The notes beneath the pieces are model-generated. The model saw only the letters and a list, made by a program, of their open reading frames with translations. It was not told the DNA's origin and did no database searches. This document shows, piece by piece, positions 1 through 10,600 of a stretch of 64,000 nt of DNA. Positions within the stretch are counted from its first letter, which is position 1, and every line of letters begins with the position of its first letter. A program made the translations under genes and the position numbers. The DNA is from Phenylobacterium sp. (lineage in GTDB: Bacteria > Pseudomonadota > Alphaproteobacteria > Caulobacterales > Caulobacteraceae): the NCBI RefSeq assembly GCF_037968635.1, contig NZ_JBBKVV010000104.1, positions 86-64,085 on the forward strand, given 5' to 3'.

Positions 1-1016
1 AACACCGCGGACTCAGATCGCGGTTCGGCTGGCGCGACTGCGGGCGTGGGACGTCTACGCTTGAATTAGGCTTCCGACGCGGCGCGCAGGGACCAGTGCT
101 AGGTGGCTGGTCCCTGAATGTGGGGGAAACTGACAACCGGATTCTTCCTTCTGGGACCAAACAGCTAGGCCGGTTTCGCACTGTAAGAGCCCAAGGGGAG
201 TTGAGAGATAGGATTCCGGGAACGGTCTTCGCCCCGAAGCCGCGAAATATGTGGGGTGTGACTGCCTAACCTAACGCCGCGGCAGTGCAGTTTGGGATGC
301 CCCGTAGCATGCGCCGGATATGCCCTGCCCAAGAATGGTGAGGCAATGAACGTCGAAAAGGGTGGCGGGCGCCGTTCGAGTAAGGCGCCCCGGTGATCTT
401 CTGGATAGCGGTCGGGGGATAGGGATCTAGTTGCGCCGGGAACTCTCAGGCGCGCTCCATTAATCGAGCGACAAAACTATATCGGTCAGCGAGGCAGGTA
501 ACCGCAGCACGGCCCAGAAGACTCACCATTCCAGGTGGAAATCGCAGGGACGTGATGGTGTCGAGGTCGTCCACACCATCACGTCAGCATCGAAAACTTG
601 GCAGGCGCTCTCTTGCGAGCGCTGGGAACTCAACCTAGTGGTGGTCCACGGGCGCTGTGAGATAGGAGCCGACCTAGAGCCGGGGGAATGGTGGAAGTCC
701 GCCATTCGGTTGCGGTCGTCCCCAAGTAGCAGGCCTCTCAGCGAGGGGATTCCAACGCCCGGCCCCACATGAACGCATCCAACAGTTGCGTTCCCAGATC
801 AATTGATTCAGGCTCCTCCTGCCGACGCGTGAGTGTCGGTAGGGGCGTGGAATCCCCTTCGCAGAAATCGAAGCACGTGGTGGCGTCCGAAGGGATGAAA
901 CCATCGACTGCTGGATGTCACGCGCCCCTCGGCGAGAGACAATGCTCTCACGTGGTGGATTCCAGCCAACGGGCCAGTTCGCCCGACGCCCCTCTCACCA
1001 GTTGAGGAGCGGGCCT

Positions 1017-1535
1017 ATGAGCGCGCGTGATGACGTGAAGAAGGGCGCAAGCGCCGCCGAGGATTCGCTGTCCCAGCTTTACCGCAGGTATGCGGGTTGG
1101 TTGGAACGTTTGGTCCGTGGGAAATTTGGGGCCGATGGCGCCGAAGATCTGGTTCAAGAGACCTATCTGCGCGTGCGTGCCTACCAAGCTTCAAACGTGG
1201 TGCGGCATCCCAAGGCCCTGCTACTCCGCATCGCGACGAACCTCGCATACGATCGAGCGCGACGCGCCAAGGTGCGTGTCGGCCGCGGCGTGACATCGCT
1301 TGAGGAGGCTCGCCACGTTCGCCAACTCGTAAACCAGGCCGAACAGGTCGAAGCTCTGCTGCTCAAGCAGATCGTTCTATCGCTCCCGCCGGCCCAACGA
1401 GACGTTCTTGTTCTCAATCGGTTTGCGAACCTGTCTTACGAAGAGATCGCCTCGCACCTGGGAATTTCGGTGAAAACGGTAGAGTGGCGCATGTCCAAAG
1501 CCCTGGCGCACTGCGCCAAGCTCCTGCGCCCATAG
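1017..1535 (+). CDS. ECF RNA polymerase sigma-70 factor (FecI-like)
   Basis: Region 2 'AEDLVQETYLR' and region 4 'LPPAQRDVLVLNRFANLSYEEIASHLGISVKTVEWRMSKAL'. GAGGAG upstream of ATG 1017; the track ORF starts earlier at 915. Confidence 0.9.
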   Translation: MSARDDVKKGASAAEDSLSQLYRRYAGWLERLVRGKFGADGAEDLVQETYLRVRAYQASNVVRHPKALLLRIATNLAYDRARRAKVRVGRGVTSLEEARHVRQLVNQAEQVEALLLKQIVLSLPPAQRDVLVLNRFANLSYEEIASHLGISVKTVEWRMSKALAHCAKLLRP

Positions 1536-1552
1536 GAGCACGTGAAGCGAGC

Positions 1553-4102
1553 TCATCGCTGGCGCTCACGCTCCTGCTCCCGGCCACGAATGCGTTCGCG
1601 TTCTGGAGGGCGCCTCATCTCCCGCTGCAGGTTCTCAATTCCACGCACGGCCCTACCCGTCGCGCCGCGAGCGGCCACCTCGCGCAGTGTCGGATCAATG
1701 CTGAAGGCGGCCGAAATTTCTCTGGAGGATCCAGGCTGCGCTTCTTCGAGCTTCCCGCGGCTGAACTCCAACATCTCTTGAAGCTCAGGCCGTGGCTCCC
1801 GGCCCCTGGATCGCGCCCGGGCGATCTCACCAGAAGCCCTCGCGAACGCCTGCAGTGCGCTTCCAAAACCCCGATCAGAGTTCACGGTCTGACCGTCCCT
1901 GTTGCCGCCAAACCCGAGGTAGTCGGACGCCATGTCCTTTCGCCGTTCGCGACCGAGACTGCTCGCAAGCTGCTCGTCGGAGGAAAAATCCTGTCGGCTG
2001 TAGTGCAGGGAGACTGACTGGCGGTGGCGCGAGAGCGCCACGTAGGCGGCATGGCTGTCCATGTGCTCTGTGGCGAGGACATAGCTGCGATCGACCGTGA
2101 CCCCCTGCGCCTTGTGAACGGTGGCCGCGTAGCCGTGATCAAGATCGGCGTAGTCCTTGAAGTCGAACGTGACGGACCGACCATCGTGGAGGCGCACAGT
2201 CGCACCTGACTTGGTTAGCTCGATAAGGTCACCCAAGGCCCCGTTCTTCACTCCGAGTGACCGCTCATTTCGCAGGAACATCACGCGGTCCCCCTGCGCC
2301 ATCATCCGCTCGCCGTGCACGGTCTCGACAGGCAGATCTTCGCCAAGACCGCCCATTCCTCGCACCTGCGCTCGCGCGAGTTGGTTGAGAGCCGCGACAT
2401 CCTTCCGAGTGTAGGTGAGGATCATCTGAGAGCTGTTGGAATCTTCCCGTCGATCTCGTGCCCAGCCGGCGATCAGGGAGGTACGCGCGTCGGCTATCTC
2501 GTCATGCGCATGGACAGCGTCAGCCTCCGCATAGCGCGCCAGCGCGACGTCAGTACGACCGGTTGCAAGCTCGCGGGTGGCCTGCCTCTGCCAATCGTCC
2601 CGCTGCCGTCGAACCTGGGTGATCTCGACTGCGCCATGACGCTCGGCTAGCGCCCGAAATGCAGCTCCGGCCTCGATGGCCTGCAGCTGCTGCGGGTCGC
2701 CAACAAGGACGACCTTCGCGCCGGCATCGCGCGCCTCGCCGAGCACACGCTGCATCTGCCGTGAACCGACAAGACCTGCCTCGTCGACCACGAGTATGTC
2801 CTTGTCGGTCAGCAATTCGCGACCTCGCGCCCAAGCGTGCTCAAGACTCGCGAGTGTCCTTGAGTTGATACCCGACCCCGTCTCCAGGCTCTCCGCCGCG
2901 ATACCTGAGAGGGCGCCTCCAAGGACCTTGTAGCCCTCCCCTTCCCAGGCGCGCCGAGCCACGGCGAGCATGCTGCTCTTGCCCGAACCCGCGTACCCCA
3001 CGACCAAGGCGAGATCGGTGTCGCCCGTGACATGGCGTAGGGCGGAGGCCTGTTCGGCAGAGAGAGTCAGCCCTCGGCCTTCCGAGTACCGAGCAGCCTC
3101 CCTCGCAATGGCGGGCGAAACACGATGCCCATTGCGGACGTCCAAGTCCGCTGCCGACGTCTCCAATTGCGCTTCGACCTCGACCATCTCTCGCGTCGTG
3201 AAGCGTTCCTGTCCGGCTCCATCGCGCCCGAGGTAGCCCAGGTCGGGCGCGCTCCAGACAGCGGCAAGCGCCCGGTCGAACTGGGCTTTGTCATCCGTGT
3301 GCCGGTGGATGAACCGTGACACGTCCTGCCGCGTGAAGGTGGCTTGGTGATGGGTGATCGCCTCCAATGCGATGCTCGGCTCTGCGATGATCCTCTCGCC
3401 GTTTCGCCTGGCGATTTCGCGATGATCTTGCGCCCGCTCGGCGTCCTCCCCTCTCCCCTCTCGACGGGATCCCGCGGCGCCGATTTTATGCTGCGGCTCA
3501 AGGTCAATTCCCTGCGCCTCCAACGACCTGTGATCGACACGGGCATTGATATCGAGCTCAGCCAGTCGCCGGTTGAGGTGGCCTTCCCAGGCCTCCCGCC
3601 AGTGTTCCAAAAGCTCTGTCTGGTTCCAGGCGCGAACCTTTGCGCCGAAACCGTCAGGCGTTGCCTCCCGCATGGCTAGCATCACATGCGCATGCGGTCT
3701 GGCTTCGCCATCCGCACCAATGTCCCAGTGCACGTTGAGGTCGGCCACCATGCCGCGATGGACAATTTCGTTTTGTACGAAGTCGCGCGCCAGGCCGACG
3801 GCGTCGGCCTGGCCAATCTCCCGCGGCAGGGCGAACTCTACCTCGCGGGCAAGCTGGGCATCCTTGCGCTTCTCCGCGACCTCGACCTCGTTCCACAGCG
3901 TCGCGCGGTCTGCCCATCGCTCCGGCGCGCCGTCGGGCGTCAGGATCTCCGAATGAACGACGCCGGCCTTGTTGGTGAAGTCGTGCGCGCGATCGAGCCG
4001 GTCATCATGCAGACGAGAGGCGGCGCGGTAGGCCGCCGCAGCCACGGCGCTCGAGCCTTTGGCCCGGCTGATGACTTTGGCGGAGAAGTGGTAGATCGCC
4101 AT
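1553..4102 (-). CDS. traA: Ti-type conjugative relaxase/helicase TraA (MobA/MobL MOBQ relaxase + RecD-like helicase)
   Basis: N-term 'MAIYHFSAKVISR...AAAAYRA', HUH 'PHAHVML'; helicase Walker A 'GYAGSGKS', 'VVDEAG', 'HGYAATVHKAQG'. Confidence 0.95.
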   Translation of the reverse strand: MAIYHFSAKVISRAKGSSAVAAAAYRAASRLHDDRLDRAHDFTNKAGVVHSEILTPDGAPERWADRATLWNEVEVAEKRKDAQLAREVEFALPREIGQADAVGLARDFVQNEIVHRGMVADLNVHWDIGADGEARPHAHVMLAMREATPDGFGAKVRAWNQTELLEHWREAWEGHLNRRLAELDINARVDHRSLEAQGIDLEPQHKIGAAGSRREGRGEDAERAQDHREIARRNGERIIAEPSIALEAITHHQATFTRQDVSRFIHRHTDDKAQFDRALAAVWSAPDLGYLGRDGAGQERFTTREMVEVEAQLETSAADLDVRNGHRVSPAIAREAARYSEGRGLTLSAEQASALRHVTGDTDLALVVGYAGSGKSSMLAVARRAWEGEGYKVLGGALSGIAAESLETGSGINSRTLASLEHAWARGRELLTDKDILVVDEAGLVGSRQMQRVLGEARDAGAKVVLVGDPQQLQAIEAGAAFRALAERHGAVEITQVRRQRDDWQRQATRELATGRTDVALARYAEADAVHAHDEIADARTSLIAGWARDRREDSNSSQMILTYTRKDVAALNQLARAQVRGMGGLGEDLPVETVHGERMMAQGDRVMFLRNERSLGVKNGALGDLIELTKSGATVRLHDGRSVTFDFKDYADLDHGYAATVHKAQGVTVDRSYVLATEHMDSHAAYVALSRHRQSVSLHYSRQDFSSDEQLASSLGRERRKDMASDYLGFGGNRDGQTVNSDRGFGSALQAFARASGEIARARSRGREPRPELQEMLEFSRGKLEEAQPGSSREISAAFSIDPTLREVAARGATGRAVRGIENLQREMRRPPERERIRGREQERERQR

Positions 4103-4135
4103 CCCGGCGCTCCCCGCAGGTTGATCTTAAAGCGA

Positions 4136-4184
4136 CGTCGGCACGACGTATAAGCGCGCCCTCCCGACTTTCGGTCGGTCGGGA
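4136..4184 (+). other. oriT with MOBQ-type nic site
   Basis: ACGTATAAGCGCG^CCCT at 4146-4162 matches the RSF1010/pSC101/pTi-type nic core TAAxTGCG^CCCT. Flanking inverted repeats are CGTCG/CGACG (4136-4148) and TCCCGAC/GTCGGGA (4162-4184). It lies between divergent traA and traC/D. Confidence 0.8.
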
Positions 4185-4292
4185 TTTTCAGGGAATACGC
4201 AGTCCTACCCGGTCAGAGCCCGTAGCCTTACGCGTCGCGCGCTAGGCGAGAGCGCGCGAAACTCTTCCGCATGCACAGCTGCGGAGTTGGCC

Positions 4293-4595
4293 ATGCGAAA
4301 ACCTCGAGACATAGATGCCGAGCTGCAGGCTCTGGCCGAACGGGCCAAGGGCCTGAAGAGCCGCAAGGTGAGCCAGCTGGGGGAACTGGCGATCGCCACC
4401 GGAGCCGACGCTCTGTCGGTTGAAGTGTTGGCCGGCGCCCTACTCGCGGCGGCCAAGACCCGTGATGAGACCGCGATCACCACGTGGCGCCGACAGGGAG
4501 AAGCCTTCTTTCGGCGGACGGCCACACGTCGCGTTGGGGCGGGCGCTGGCCAGGACACTGACAGCGCTACGCCGCACCCTGGCTCAGAAACATAG
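4293..4595 (+). CDS. Relaxosome accessory protein, TraC/TraD-like
   Basis: 'MRKPRDIDAELQALAERAKGLKSRKVSQLGELAIATGADAL', divergent from traA in the pTi-like traCDG arrangement. Confidence 0.75.
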   Translation: MRKPRDIDAELQALAERAKGLKSRKVSQLGELAIATGADALSVEVLAGALLAAAKTRDETAITTWRRQGEAFFRRTATRRVGAGAGQDTDSATPHPGSET

Positions 4596-4635
4596 AGCTG
4601 AAGCCTTGCAGGCCAGAACTGAGACAAGGACCTGG

Positions 4636-4878
4636 ATGGCGGCGCGGCGCGAACGAACACGCCATCTGATCGAACTCGGCGGCTTGGTGCAGAAGGCGGG
4701 ACTGGTCGAACTCACGGACGACGACCGCGCCGTATTGCTTGGCGCATTCCTAGCTGTCGCCCAGATGTTGTCAGGGGAGCAGAGACAGGCGGCCTTGGCC
4801 AACTGGCGCCACTCTGGCCGGCGGGCGTTTCAGGCTCACGCCATGGCGGTTGCCGAGCGAGATCGGACCGAGCCATGA
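4636..4878 (+). CDS. traD: Conjugal transfer protein TraD-like
   Basis: 'RRERTRHLIELGGLVQKAGL' resembles the pTi TraD motif. ATGA overlap with traG. Start uncertain. Confidence 0.75.
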   Translation: MAARRERTRHLIELGGLVQKAGLVELTDDDRAVLLGAFLAVAQMLSGEQRQAALANWRHSGRRAFQAHAMAVAERDRTEP

Positions 4879-6446
4879 AGTACTTGCGACTAGCCGTTTG
4901 GCTGATCGTCGGCTTCTTCGGTGGAAGCCTGCTCATGAACATCGCGCTCTATGCGGCGCGGTTCGCTGGACACCCCATTTGGCCAGCCTGGCTGCTTCCG
5001 CTCCAGGTGGCCGGAGAGGTTCTCGGCGCATTCTCTGGCTATCTTTGGTGGCGGTTCAAGAACCGACCGCTTCGGTCGGACGTCCATGGTTCGGCGCACT
5101 TTCAAGGCGCCAAGATCACCAGGGCCACCCTCGGGGTGAGTCGCGGCCTCATTGTCGGTCGCGACAGACGCGGGGAACTTTTGCGTTACGACGGACCCGC
5201 GCACCTGCTGACAATTGCACCGACCCGATCTGGCAAGGGCGTCGGCGCGATCATCCCGAACTTGCTCACGACGGACTACTCGATCCTTTGCATCGATCCG
5301 AAAGGCGAGAACGCCCGCATCACGGCTCGCGCACGTGCGTTGCGCGGCCCAGTGCATGTCCTCGATCCGTTTGGAATCTCGGGTGAGCCCTGCGCGGCGT
5401 TCAATCCACTGAGCCGGTTGGACCCGGCCGGTGTCGACCTAGCGGAAGACGCGGCAATGATCGCCGATGCTTTGGTCTACGACCCGCCCGGCCAGGTGAG
5501 TGAGGCGCACTGGAACGAGGAGGCCCGCGCGCTCATCGCCGGGCTCATTCTCCACATTGTGACGAACCGATCTCCCGCCCACCGGTCGCTTGCAGCGGTT
5601 CGCGCCCTCCTCACTACCACGCCTGAGAAGTTCGATCAGGCGCTCTTTGACATGCAAGGTAGCTACGCTGCTCGCGGTCTCGTGGCCCGCGCCGCCAACC
5701 GGCATCTCAGCAAGAGTGAACGTGAGGGCGCGGGCGTTCTGTCGGCCGCTCAGAGGCACACCCACTTCCTCGACAGCCCGCGCATGGTACGGGTGCTGCA
5801 GAAGTCCGACTTTGCTTTTAGCGATCTCAAGCGAGGGCCAACCAGCGTCTTCCTGGTGCTGCCACCGGAGCGCCTGGCGACGCATGCTCGCTGGCTGCGG
5901 CTGTTGGTAGTCCAGGCGATCGGTGAGTTGGCGCAGACGCAGGCGAAGGATGCGCCACCACCGCATCCCGTTCTGATGATGCTTGACGAGTTTGCGGCGT
6001 TGGGACGCGTCGAACCTGTCGAGCGTGCCTTCGCACTGATGGCCGGCTACGGCCTGCAACTCTGGGCGATCCTGCAGGACCTCCATCAATTGAAGGGCCT
6101 GTACGGAGAACAGGCTGGAAGTTTCCTATCCAACGCTGGCCTGATCCAGGTCTTCAATGTCGCTGACATCGACACCGCGACCTGGGTGTCCCGCACCCTT
6201 GGCGCAGCGACGGAAGTGTTCAACACGATGTCGTGGGCGGAACGGCCGGAGTCCCGACCTTGGTGGCGGTCTTACACGCCCACAACGACGCTCAACCTCA
6301 GTCGCCGAGACCTCATGACGCCCGACGAGGTGATGCGTCTGGGTCAGGAAGAGTTGCTACTCCTGCGCCCTGGCATGTCGCCCGTGGTGGCGCAGAAGGT
6401 TCGCTACTATCGGGACCAGCAGTTTGCGGGCCTCTTCGATGCATAG
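4875..6446 (+). CDS. traG: Type IV coupling protein TraG/VirD4
   Basis: N-terminal TM segments, Walker A 'APTRSGKG', 'IDPKGE', Walker B 'MMLDEFAALG', 'ILQDLHQL', 'LMTPDEV'. Confidence 0.93.
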   Translation: MKYLRLAVWLIVGFFGGSLLMNIALYAARFAGHPIWPAWLLPLQVAGEVLGAFSGYLWWRFKNRPLRSDVHGSAHFQGAKITRATLGVSRGLIVGRDRRGELLRYDGPAHLLTIAPTRSGKGVGAIIPNLLTTDYSILCIDPKGENARITARARALRGPVHVLDPFGISGEPCAAFNPLSRLDPAGVDLAEDAAMIADALVYDPPGQVSEAHWNEEARALIAGLILHIVTNRSPAHRSLAAVRALLTTTPEKFDQALFDMQGSYAARGLVARAANRHLSKSEREGAGVLSAAQRHTHFLDSPRMVRVLQKSDFAFSDLKRGPTSVFLVLPPERLATHARWLRLLVVQAIGELAQTQAKDAPPPHPVLMMLDEFAALGRVEPVERAFALMAGYGLQLWAILQDLHQLKGLYGEQAGSFLSNAGLIQVFNVADIDTATWVSRTLGAATEVFNTMSWAERPESRPWWRSYTPTTTLNLSRRDLMTPDEVMRLGQEELLLLRPGMSPVVAQKVRYYRDQQFAGLFDA

Positions 6447-6522
6447 TCGGACTGACGACCGCAACTCGCGATTGGACCGGGAGCAGCTTGTCACCTCCCC
6501 CGGCTCAGGCGACATACATGAG

Positions 6523-7443
6523 ATGAAGACCAGTCTGGATCACCTACCGGCGGGCAAGCGACGCGAGCTCGAACTCGTCGTGGAGATCCTGGCGGCATCA
6601 TTTGCAAAGGCAGTTGCGGATCGAAAGGTCGACCGTCTGAAGAACGGCAAGATCCTGAAAATCATCCTATTTGGATCGTATGCTCGCGGGGACTGGGTCG
6701 AGGATCCGGTCGGACGTTACTTCTCTGACTTTGACTTACTCGTGGTGGTGGACGACGACGATCTAGCCGACACGGTTGAGTTCTGGGATATCGCTGAGGC
6801 TCGCCTGCTTAAGGAGCTGTCGGCTGGCAAAGTCCTTCGGACACCGGTCAACTTCATCGTCCACAGCCTGCAGGATGTGAACCACCAGCTTGAGCGTGGT
6901 CGCTACTTCTTCGTCGATATCGTCCGCGACGGCGTCCTGCTGCTTGACGTCCCAGGTCACCCTCTCACCACTCCGAAGGATCTGGCCCCAGCAACGGCGC
7001 TCGACGAAGCGAAGGGGTATTTCGACCAATGGCTGGAGAGCGCCGCAGACTTCGAGGATCAGGCTACCTACGCGGTTTCGAAAGGTAGGCTCAAAAACGC
7101 AGCCTTCCAAATGCATCAGGCGGCGGAGCATTTCTACAACTGCGTTCTGCTGGTTCTAACCCTCTACACACCAAAGTCCCACAATCTAGTGCGCCTTCGA
7201 AATCTGGCCGAGCCACTTGACCCTCGCCTGATCGCCGTCTGGGCCTTCGACACAAAGTTTGAAAAGCGCTGCTTCGAGTTGTTGCGCGCGGCGTACATCA
7301 AGGCGCGCTACTCGCGGCACTTCAAAGTCACGGCGGACGAGTTGGAGTGGCTCGGTCAGCGGGTGGCAGCGTTAAAGACAGCGGTCACAGCCGTTTGTGA
7401 GGAGCGGTTAGAAGCGTTGGAAACGCAGATCGCTGCCGAATAG
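6523..7443 (+). CDS. Fused minimal nucleotidyltransferase (MNT) + HEPN domain protein
   Basis: 'LFGSYARGDW...SDFDLLVVV' NTase motif followed by HEPN-like 'AAFQMHQAAE...PKSHNL...AYIKARY'. Start taken at MKTSLDHLP. Confidence 0.88.
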   Translation: MKTSLDHLPAGKRRELELVVEILAASFAKAVADRKVDRLKNGKILKIILFGSYARGDWVEDPVGRYFSDFDLLVVVDDDDLADTVEFWDIAEARLLKELSAGKVLRTPVNFIVHSLQDVNHQLERGRYFFVDIVRDGVLLLDVPGHPLTTPKDLAPATALDEAKGYFDQWLESAADFEDQATYAVSKGRLKNAAFQMHQAAEHFYNCVLLVLTLYTPKSHNLVRLRNLAEPLDPRLIAVWAFDTKFEKRCFELLRAAYIKARYSRHFKVTADELEWLGQRVAALKTAVTAVCEERLEALETQIAAE

Positions 7444-7648
7444 GTCGCTTGTGCGCCAGCAGCCGACATTGGCGCGCCTCCGGAAACCGGACGTTCAGAT
7501 TGCGGGCACGCGACGTTTTTGTAACAGGCTGAGTGAGGGGGGCCCGCTGCGGCCTAGGCCATCACCCGCCGTTCGCGCCGCCTCTCTCCCGCTCGGCCTT
7601 TCCCACAATCCGGCGAAAACGAAAGTCCAGGCACCGCGGACTTTTTCC

Positions 7649-10600
7649 TCAGGGCTCGTAAGGTTCCAGATCCTTCGCCTTTGGCTTGGAAGTGCCAGGA
7701 TAGGACTGCCGCAGCCGCCGAGCGAGATCGCCCAGCCCGTCCTTACGTGTCAGCGCCGTCTCGACCAGTAGGGCTGCGGCGCGTCGTGGGGTCCCGCCCG
7801 CCTTCAGACCCTTGCGAAGATTGGGTTCGAGCTTGGCGAGGTCGAGCTCTGCGAGCGTAGCGTCGAATGTCTCGGGCGCGATGGTCCGAACAAGCCTCAC
7901 TACCGATACGAAATGAGGCTCATCCTTTGCGGGCCCCTCAGTCAGGGCCTTGACGAGGTTCTTCTTCGCGCAGGCATAGGCCGGCCCGAAAAGTTCGCGC
8001 CGGTCCTGGGCGACATAGCCAAGCACACCGAACGTGAAGCTCCAGTGGTGGCCAAACTCAATTGCTCTGCCGGCCTCCAGATGCTGTAACGCGACCTTGG
8101 GAGCAATCACCGCGAGCCGCGCGGGCATGACATTGATCTCGTCGGCCCGCTCCCCGATCACAGCCCTGATGGCGGCCAATGGCCGCTTGCCGCGACAGCA
8201 GATCCCCAGCAAGTGCTCGGCCTCGCGGAAGAGATGCGACCAATCCTCGCCGATGGTGTTTCCCAGTTGCTTCCAGTCCAACGCCAGGACGGTCGCCTCA
8301 TAGATTTTCGGCGCAGCCTTGCTCAGGAAGAGCAGCAGGTAACCGGCTTGCTGGAAATTACGGGTCTCGGTAGCCGACAGCTGCCCCGCCAGAACCGCCG
8401 GCTCGAAGCCCTCGCACAGCCGGGCGGCCAACGCCTTATGACGGGCGCGAGGCGCATACTTTCCGGTATAGGCGCCGAGGATGTCGAGAATCCTCAAGGT
8501 CTGGTGGGCGATGTCGTCGAGCTGGTGAAAGGTGTCGACTGGGCTAGCCTTCAGGAGCGTCACAGCCATAGGCGTCACGGCCTCGACCATGTCGAGCCCC
8601 AGATCCTCGTCAAACCATCCGGTCGACTTGGTGAGATTGGAATAGGCGCCGATCCAGACGTCCTGCGGCCACTCACGCCCCAATCGCTTCAGCGCTTCTC
8701 GGTCCACGGCGGCGCTGAACCTGGCTTTCCAGGCCTCTGGCCATGCGTTGCCCGTGAAGCTGATGTATTCGCCAAGGTGGTATGCACTCTGAGGTGCGGC
8801 GGCCGACACGCTCGCGGCCGCCTTCTCCGGATCGGCGGCCTCGAAAAGGGCTTCCACGATGGCAGAGCTGTCACGCATGGCATTGATCAGCCGGCGAACC
8901 CCGTAGCCCATTGGCTCCAACGGCGCCTCGATCCAGCGCGGTAGAAGTTCAAGGCCGTCGGCCAAGAGGATCTCGAACGGTGTCTGGTTTAGGTAGTGAA
9001 GTTCGACCAGGATCAGGCTGGCGAAGGTTCGCTCTTCAGGATCCTTAGCGGCCCAGCATCGCGCCACGAGCCGCTTCTCGACCTCCGGATCCATCTCGTA
9101 GAGCCATTGATTGTCCCAACGGACCTGACGCATCTCGTCCAGGAACAGCCGAAGGCCGGCGAGCGGATGGACCGGATCGCCGAGCGTCGCATCGAGGAGG
9201 CGACTAAAGGCTTGCCGCTCCTCGCCCTCCTGCAAAGCCATGATCCGCCGGATGGCCACCGACGCGAACCGCTGGTGAGGTGTGCGCAGGTCCGAAGGGC
9301 CCAGGAGCAGCCGTTCATCAACCAGCCAGTCAATCGCGTTGTCGATGGTTCCCGTCTGCAGCCCTGCGACCGCGAGCAAGACCTCGAACTCGGCCCGTTC
9401 GGGCCTAGCGTCGCGAGAGGCCAGTTGGCACATGGCCGCGGCGGCCAGCACGAGGTCCGCGCCCTTGGCTCGTGCGGCCCGCGCCGCATCCGAGGCTCTC
9501 GCCTCCCCGCCGCCGAGAATGAAGCAAAACTGCCAGGGGAGCTCGGCATGGGTCTCGGCAAAGTCTAGGCGGCGGTCTAGGGACTCTTCGAACGGCTTGT
9601 CCCCTATCCGGCTATCGGCGCTCCGGACCGCCGCTAGGGTCGCGGCCCGGTCGCGCCGCAGCTCGGCGGCGATCACCTGGACCGCGCGCTTGGGGTCCAT
9701 GACGATCGCGCCGCGGCCGGCCCCGCCGTGGCCCAAGGCGTTGTGGGTCGACAGCAGCAGTCGGTCCTGACGAGTCTCGCTCTCGGCCAAAGCCAAGAGA
9801 TGCGGGGCAGTTAGGTGAGCGTCGTCGATGAGGCAGAGTACCTTGCCGGCGGCGGGCGGCCAGTCGATGACCGGAGCCCGAGGATCGGTCATCTGGAACA
9901 CCTTCCAACCGTCGTCGGCGAAGGCCTTGGCTGCTTGCCAGGCGCAGACCGACTTGCCCGCGCCTGGCTGGCCTTCCAAGCGAGAAGAGTACGCGCGGCG
10001 AAGATCGGCGACCGCTGCGTTAGCCTCGGGCAAGGTTGGACAGGCCAAGACGTCTGACGGGCCGAGCCCTCGCCCCATCAGCGCCGGGCCAAGATCTCGC
10101 GACTGCGCGAAGGTCACTCGTCGCCAGTAGGCATGGGTTGGCGCGGGGGACGGCGCCTGGGCCAGGTGCTTGATGTCCTCCCGCAGGCCCCTGATCTCGT
10201 CGGCAGAGACCGCCTTGAGTGCGGGCGCGAGGGCCGAGAGATCAAGGCCAAGCTCGCCATAGAACTGGTCGAGCACCTGGGGGTGGGCGACGAGAAGGCC
10301 GCAGATATCCTCCCAGCCGAGAATACGGACCGGAAAGGCGCCCCCGGCGACGCGCGCTGCCGAAATCTCGCGTAAGGCTTCCTGCAGCTTGGCGTCGGCA
10401 GGCGCGGTGGTGGCGAAGGTCCAGTGGCTGAGCTCCGGGGCGAAAGTTTCGGCCTTGGCCAGTTCGCGTCTGACCTCGGCGATCGTGGCCCTGGTGCCGT
10501 AGGTTCCGTCCTTGCCCTTGCACTGGACGCCGAAGAAAGTCTCGTCACGCCCGGCGGGAGCCCCCCAGACGTCGACACCGGCCTGGGCCTGGCCGCCGCG

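Noticed and set aside
523-1005. Short ORFs upstream of the ECF sigma gene
   Set aside because: No motifs, no RBS support and mutually overlapping.
6424-6522. Longer N-terminus of the MNT-HEPN ORF overlapping traG
   Set aside because: The extension is low-complexity and overlaps traG. MKTSLDHLP at 6523 is the more typical start.
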